A stretch of 64,000 bases of DNA, from the IMG/VR virus record IMGVR_UViG_3300025844_000015, positions 1 through 64,000 of that record; one strand, written 5' to 3'. Shown one piece after another: positions 59,310-64,000 of the stretch (positions within the stretch are counted from its first letter, which is position 1; the number at the start of each line of letters is the position of its first letter). This DNA is from an uncultured virus (IMG/VR IMGVR_UViG_3300025844_000015). Its lineage: Duplodnaviria; Heunggongvirae; Uroviricota; Caudoviricetes. Under the pieces are notes generated by a model. The model was given only the letters and a program-made list of their open reading frames with translations. It was not told where the DNA came from and made no database searches. Made by a program: the position numbers and the translations under genes.

Positions 59310-61464
59310 CTATTTTGGAGAATCCGTTTTTCAATTCAATTTTGATTTGATCTTTGAATGAATCTTTGATTTCGTCTCTATGCGAAATGATGAACATTGA
59401 CAGTTTATTCTTTTCTGCTACCTCTTTCATCAGCTTTACGGTTTTTCTTACACCAACATTACTCAGACCGACATCTAGACATTCGTCTAGAATATACAAG
59501 TTGATGAAATTGTGCTTGGATTGTAGAACGTCTCTGAAGGCCAGAGAGAGGGCAATGTTTATCCGTGCCTTCTGTCCAGACGAAAGGCTCGTAAAGGTGA
59601 TCTCACGGTCAAACTGGCCAATTTCCATGGAGAGGTCAGATTTGAACTTAGCCTTGTGAGGCAAACCCATGGTGCTCAAATAATAGTGCAATCGTTCGTT
59701 TAGGAACGGCAGGTACTTGTCCATCAAAGCTTTTCTTACAAACGAGTCCTTCTTAGTTAAAAGCTTTAACAAGAATTCTTGATGTTTAACTGTTTTCTCA
59801 AGAGAGTCGATTTCTTCAGACTTGCTTTCCTTGACCCTAAAACCTTGTAAAGTTTCAAGTGATTTTTCATAAGGGTTTTCTTGTTCTACAAGGTATCCTT
59901 TTTTTTCTTTCGCTGATTCCATCTTGTTTTTGGCTTCGAAGAGTTCTCGTAGGGTACCGAATGAAGGACTATCAAAAGTCTTTCCCTTCTCTATTTCAAT
60001 GTCGCTTTTTATTTTTCCAAGTTCTTTCAAGAGTGACTCTATCTCGTCATTTCTATTAGAATGAGGATTTTGTTCTACTTTTAATTCTTCGATAGTTTCT
60101 TTGACACCATCTCTAGCGTTCCGAAAACTTCCGACCATGAAGGGATGAGTGAATTCATTTGGTATTTGATTTTTGATTTCCTCTAATCTAACAGTAGATT
60201 CGCTAATTGATTCTTCTATCTCCTGTGAGGTTTTCAGAGTTTTCTTGAGAACTTCAGAAAGAGTCTTCAATTCATCAACAACACTTTCGAGTTTATCTTT
60301 CGAGTCCTTGTAATCTTGAGAACAGTAAGGACATTTGGCGTTTTCCAAAGTCTTTTTTTCTTTTTCAAGTTCTTCTACTGCATCTAGACCTTCATCAAGG
60401 ACCTTTTCCAACTTGCTCAGCTCTCTTTTCTTTTCCCCTATTTCCTTTTCCAGATTGTCTCTATCCTGAAAGAGGATCAATATCTTGTCGAGATCTTCTT
60501 CAGAAAATCTCTCGTAATTGGTCAATTCTTTTTCAAGTTCAACAATTTTTTTAGCTTTATTCTCATCATATGCTTCGAACTTCTTTTGTTCTTCTGTATA
60601 ACGAGTCATAGTTCTGGATTCTTCTGTTAAAGAAGACTGTAGTTCCTTCAACAGTTTATTGTGTACGTCTAGTTTTTCCAATAAGATTTCTTCCTTATCG
60701 AAATTGAATTTGCTATATTTTTCAATCAACTTTTCAACTTCTTCAATATCCAACTGGTGCTGATGATTCCAAGATGCAATATTTTTTTCCGCTTCTTCCA
60801 CACCCTTTTTGTGTCTGGCGTGTTCTTGTTTGATTTCTTCGTTGGAATCTTTGGCATATTTCAAATCACTCTTACTGGATTTGATCTGTTCTTTTAAGGT
60901 TTCGGCCTTTTTTGTAAGTTCAGTATAGGAGAAAAGTTCTTCTATTACATCTCTCTGCTTAGCTAGAGGCATTTTTAAAAAAGATTCTTCGCTTGCAGCG
61001 TATGTTATGATCCTACTGAATATCTCGTATGGGACTTTGACAATTTCCTCGGCAATGTAAACATTAGCATTCGAAATACTGTCTGGTGTTATGTCTTTCC
61101 CGTTCTTGACAATTTTAACACCACTACCGCCCATTGCTTTATTTTTTCTATATCTGCTTATTTTGTAGATATCTTCTTTTATTTTAAAGTCTATTTCCAC
61201 AAGGAGATCCTTGTTGTTGATGTTGTTTATTAGGTTGTCTTTCTTTTCTGATTCTTTCCCTAGAGCCAGATCGTAAAGAGCGAAAGTTATTGCCATCAAC
61301 AATGAACTTTTCCCGCACCCATTAGAGTCCATTTCTCCATTCACAGAAGCATCGTGGTTGATACCAGTAATAAGGGTTGGATTCTTTCTCTGTAGATCTA
61401 AGCTAACGGCCTCATTCCCGTAGGACAGGAAATTTTGTAATGTCACTTTTTCAAATACAATCAT
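59302..61464 (-). CDS. Recombination ATPase, gp46/SbcC/Rad50-like
   Basis: NFLSYGN, NGCGKSS, coiled coil with CPYC hook, LSSGQKARI, ILDECLD and IISH motifs. Confidence 0.95.
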   Translation of the reverse strand: MIVFEKVTLQNFLSYGNEAVSLDLQRKNPTLITGINHDASVNGEMDSNGCGKSSLLMAITFALYDLALGKESEKKDNLINNINNKDLLVEIDFKIKEDIYKISRYRKNKAMGGSGVKIVKNGKDITPDSISNANVYIAEEIVKVPYEIFSRIITYAASEESFLKMPLAKQRDVIEELFSYTELTKKAETLKEQIKSSKSDLKYAKDSNEEIKQEHARHKKGVEEAEKNIASWNHQHQLDIEEVEKLIEKYSKFNFDKEEILLEKLDVHNKLLKELQSSLTEESRTMTRYTEEQKKFEAYDENKAKKIVELEKELTNYERFSEEDLDKILILFQDRDNLEKEIGEKKRELSKLEKVLDEGLDAVEELEKEKKTLENAKCPYCSQDYKDSKDKLESVVDELKTLSEVLKKTLKTSQEIEESISESTVRLEEIKNQIPNEFTHPFMVGSFRNARDGVKETIEELKVEQNPHSNRNDEIESLLKELGKIKSDIEIEKGKTFDSPSFGTLRELFEAKNKMESAKEKKGYLVEQENPYEKSLETLQGFRVKESKSEEIDSLEKTVKHQEFLLKLLTKKDSFVRKALMDKYLPFLNERLHYYLSTMGLPHKAKFKSDLSMEIGQFDREITFTSLSSGQKARINIALSLAFRDVLQSKHNFINLYILDECLDVGLSNVGVRKTVKLMKEVAEKNKLSMFIISHRDEIKDSFKDQIKIELKNGFSKIVT

Positions 61465-62510
61465 TATAAACCTCTGTAAATTTTTTTAAGTTCTTCAGAT
61501 TCAATTTCTTCAGCCTTGATTTTTCCTAACAGGGCTAAAACTATTTCGTCCGTACTTTCCGACTCCAAGTCTTCCTCGTCTATGTCTTCGCTGATCTTAT
61601 AATCATCGACAGGCTCTTCCATTTTCAGTTCCCTGAGAGAGTATTTGTTGATAAGAACTTCCTTGATATGCAGAATATCTTCGAAACCCAAGTCTTTCTC
61701 ATCAACCAGACAGGTTACAGTTGCCTTGGGTCTAAGATAATCTTTCGGATTCTCCAGAAGATCACTTAGAGAACATCTGATGTAGGTTGGTGCTTCTTCC
61801 CAATCAATGTATTTTAGATTATCATTTTCGAAATCGTAGATCGCCATACCACGTTCTGTTTGATTGGCGTCACTATAGTCCATCGGGAAAGTATTGCCAA
61901 TATAATGAACGTTTTTCTTTTCCTGTCTTTTGTGGAAGTGGCCGGTGAATATCCGATCAGGCCCCCTGAAATCTTCTTGATCGGGTCCGTGTTCTAGAAC
62001 CTTGGTTTCTCCCGTCAAAACGAATCCCTTGAACTCAAAGTGTCCAAAGACTACGTCATGAGAGTTGATCACCACAATTTGTTCAGCATATTCTTCTTCG
62101 AAAAGATACGGACAGAAAAGAATACTCTTGTTGCCGATTTTGACACTTATATTATCATCCACCAGAATTAGATTACCAAATGGTTCAAAAATTACAGTGT
62201 TAAAAGAGTTACGATTGTTTCTGTAGACTAAATCATGATTTCCTACGATTAGAAAAAATGGAAGTTTCAGTTCTTCGACCAACTGTTTAATTATTTTGTG
62301 TGATCGGTCTAGGGTTTTTCCTGTGATAGCATCTCGGTGTTCAAACCAATCACCACAAAATACAATTATGTCAACCTTTTCTTTTTTACAATTGTCTATA
62401 AACCAGTCAATGTAATCTTGACAATCATTCAAATGAACATCACTACTGTTTTTTCTACCTAGATGGATGTCGGTGAACATTGCAGCTTTTTTTACATTAT
62501 TCAGATTCAT
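61464..62510 (-). CDS. Recombination nuclease, gp47/SbcD/Mre11-like
   Basis: FTDIHLG, GDWFE, VGNHD, FGHFE and TGHFH motifs; AGGAG before the ATG at 62510. Confidence 0.93.
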   Translation of the reverse strand: MNLNNVKKAAMFTDIHLGRKNSSDVHLNDCQDYIDWFIDNCKKEKVDIIVFCGDWFEHRDAITGKTLDRSHKIIKQLVEELKLPFFLIVGNHDLVYRNNRNSFNTVIFEPFGNLILVDDNISVKIGNKSILFCPYLFEEEYAEQIVVINSHDVVFGHFEFKGFVLTGETKVLEHGPDQEDFRGPDRIFTGHFHKRQEKKNVHYIGNTFPMDYSDANQTERGMAIYDFENDNLKYIDWEEAPTYIRCSLSDLLENPKDYLRPKATVTCLVDEKDLGFEDILHIKEVLINKYSLRELKMEEPVDDYKISEDIDEEDLESESTDEIVLALLGKIKAEEIESEELKKIYRGL

Positions 62511-63174
62511 ATTCATCTCCTGAATATTGTTTGTATGTCGGATCGTAGATCGACGAAAGTTCACTTATCTCTCTTTTTAGGAACTCGCAAACAGAAACTT
62601 TATTTTCCCTGTCCTCTTCCTTTTTCAAAATGGTTGATACCATATCTCGGTGGATATTTCTAGTCGCTTCTTTGTCTTCTACAACTCTGGCAATTTCTCG
62701 CATCAATAGATTTTTGAAACGTTCGGAAATTTTCTTTTTGGCAACAGACTCTAGATATGCTTCCTCTAGTTCCATTTCTCTGAAATCTTCTTCGTAGGTG
62801 TGTGATGGAAGTTCTCCCTCTTTCAATAATAAAGCATCTTTGATATTTCTTTGTGATTTTTCTGAATCTAAAAATTGCCAAAAAGCCCGTTTAATGGTCT
62901 GGGTGAAATATGCAAAAGGGTTGTAGTATGTATTTGGGTCAAAGCTGTCCCAGCCCCTACACACAATTGTAAAGGCATATGATTCCATATCCTCACGATA
63001 TGTGTAACTTGCATAACTACCCTGAGACGAATATCGTTTGGCTAGTATCATGATCATCTCGCCAAAACGCTCAGTCATTCTGCCTTGTGTTTTGCTCTTG
63101 ATAACTTCTTCAAGCATTTCTTTGTTATTGATGTAATATTGATCTTTTTTTGTTTTTCTTTTTCTTGTAGTCAT
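62497..63174 (-). CDS. Late-transcription sigma factor (T4 gp55-like)
   Basis: YINNKEML...LAKRYS...YTYREDM...FDP...NPFAYFTQ..RAF; located next to gp47/gp46 as in T4. Confidence 0.85.
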   Translation of the reverse strand: MTTRKRKTKKDQYYINNKEMLEEVIKSKTQGRMTERFGEMIMILAKRYSSQGSYASYTYREDMESYAFTIVCRGWDSFDPNTYYNPFAYFTQTIKRAFWQFLDSEKSQRNIKDALLLKEGELPSHTYEEDFREMELEEAYLESVAKKKISERFKNLLMREIARVVEDKEATRNIHRDMVSTILKKEEDRENKVSVCEFLKREISELSSIYDPTYKQYSGDEYESE

Positions 63175-63284
63175 GTTTAATTCTCGACAGTAAGTTGCTA
63201 TATTTACAAAGTATTATATGGTCTTGAATGAATTATTCCAAACATGTTATATAAATATCTTCGAAATAATTTTGATTATTAAAA

Positions 63285-64000
63285 TTGGATAAGCAAGCGG
63301 CAAACCAACTAATACTCGCCATAAACGAGTTAAATCGCAGATTGGGTATGATGGGTGCAAATCAACGCCCCGGCTGGATGCGCGATGGTGATTCTAACGC
63401 CAGATACGGTGGGACGGATTCCAGCGGAGAGAAACTGCTGGATAAGATGCGTGAACAGCGCAAGGTTTTCGACGATACCACTAAAGTACAAACTAGATTT
63501 ATGCGAACCATGGCAGAGGGTGTTCCAATTATTGGAAACATCGTGAAGGTTATCGGCAAACAGACCGAGGATTTGAAAATGTCAATGCGCGGTCAATCTG
63601 ATGCTTATAAAAATGCCGCTCTCGCGACCGAAGAATACGCATACAGGGTGGGGCAGAATAGTGACGATCTTTATACTATTCATCAAACCCTATCCAATGT
63701 TCAAAAGAAAGCGTCAGATCTTGCAAAGATTGTCCAAAATAGAGCAAGTATAGAAAAAAGAATCTCCGAAAACGCAAAAACAGCAAAAATAGGCGCACAG
63801 AAAGTCAAATTGGAAAAAGATCTTTCGAATATTTCAGAGGTGTTGAAAGAAGCCCAGAAGAAACTTAGGTTGGAAAAAAACGCTCCGGTGGAGGGTAACA
63901 TCAAAGAAATCATTAAAGATCTAAAGGAACTGAAGAAAGTTCCTGATCTGTTTTCTGATATTAAAGATGAGTTGGCCAAGAAAGACGTTCAAGAAGCGAT
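63285..64000 (+). CDS. 5' part of a long coiled-coil late protein, probable tape measure (truncated by the window edge; absent from the ORF track)
   Basis: TATAAATA at 63250-63257; TTG at 63285 opens MDKQAANQLILAINELNRRLG..., with no stop to 64000; helical K/E/A-rich sequence. Confidence 0.6.
   Translation, partial: MDKQAANQLILAINELNRRLGMMGANQRPGWMRDGDSNARYGGTDSSGEKLLDKMREQRKVFDDTTKVQTRFMRTMAEGVPIIGNIVKVIGKQTEDLKMSMRGQSDAYKNAALATEEYAYRVGQNSDDLYTIHQTLSNVQKKASDLAKIVQNRASIEKRISENAKTAKIGAQKVKLEKDLSNISEVLKEAQKKLRLEKNAPVEGNIKEIIKDLKELKKVPDLFSDIKDELAKKDVQEA

Noticed and set aside
1..64000. Alternative genetic code (stop-codon reassignment)
   Set aside because: Genes are full length under the standard code, including a 9.7 kb ORF, and TAA, TAG and TGA all end genes; the breaks seen are explained by inteins or frame offsets.

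Overview
A 64 kb, AT-rich, densely coding segment of a large tailed phage (T4-related jumbo myovirus architecture). It holds nucleotide metabolism genes (nrdA, thyA, Nudix), replication/recombination genes (family B DNA polymerase, sliding clamp, RNase H, DinG-like helicase, gp46/gp47 Rad50/Mre11, RuvC-like resolvase), a gp55-like late sigma factor, GroES, and a contractile-tail module (sheath, tubes, baseplate, a 3223-aa virion protein, probable tape measure running off the right end). About 25 TAAATA late-promoter motifs are present, most of them about 20-37 nt upstream of a start codon. Four features stand out. (1) A late-expressed set of glycosyltransferases (three GT2 paralogs, a Maf/DUF115-like enzyme, an HtrL+GT2 fusion, a pyruvyltransferase and a GT60-like polypeptide GlcNAc-transferase) sits beside probable virion proteins that carry mucin-like (PT/VTP)n linkers and a shared Cys-bracketed C-terminal domain, suggesting a phage-encoded virion O-glycosylation system. 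(2) An unannotated, roughly 335-nt highly structured RNA-like element with its own promoter lies at 54168-54502, followed by an origin-like hairpin region. (3) There are four inteins: nrdA is fractured into at least three pieces by two split inteins (one with an HNH gene between the halves), the DNA polymerase is split by a third, and the helicase carries a contiguous LAGLIDADG intein. (4) Two -1 frameshift junctions occur in tail/baseplate genes. All family assignments come from motifs recognised by eye; no database searches were run.
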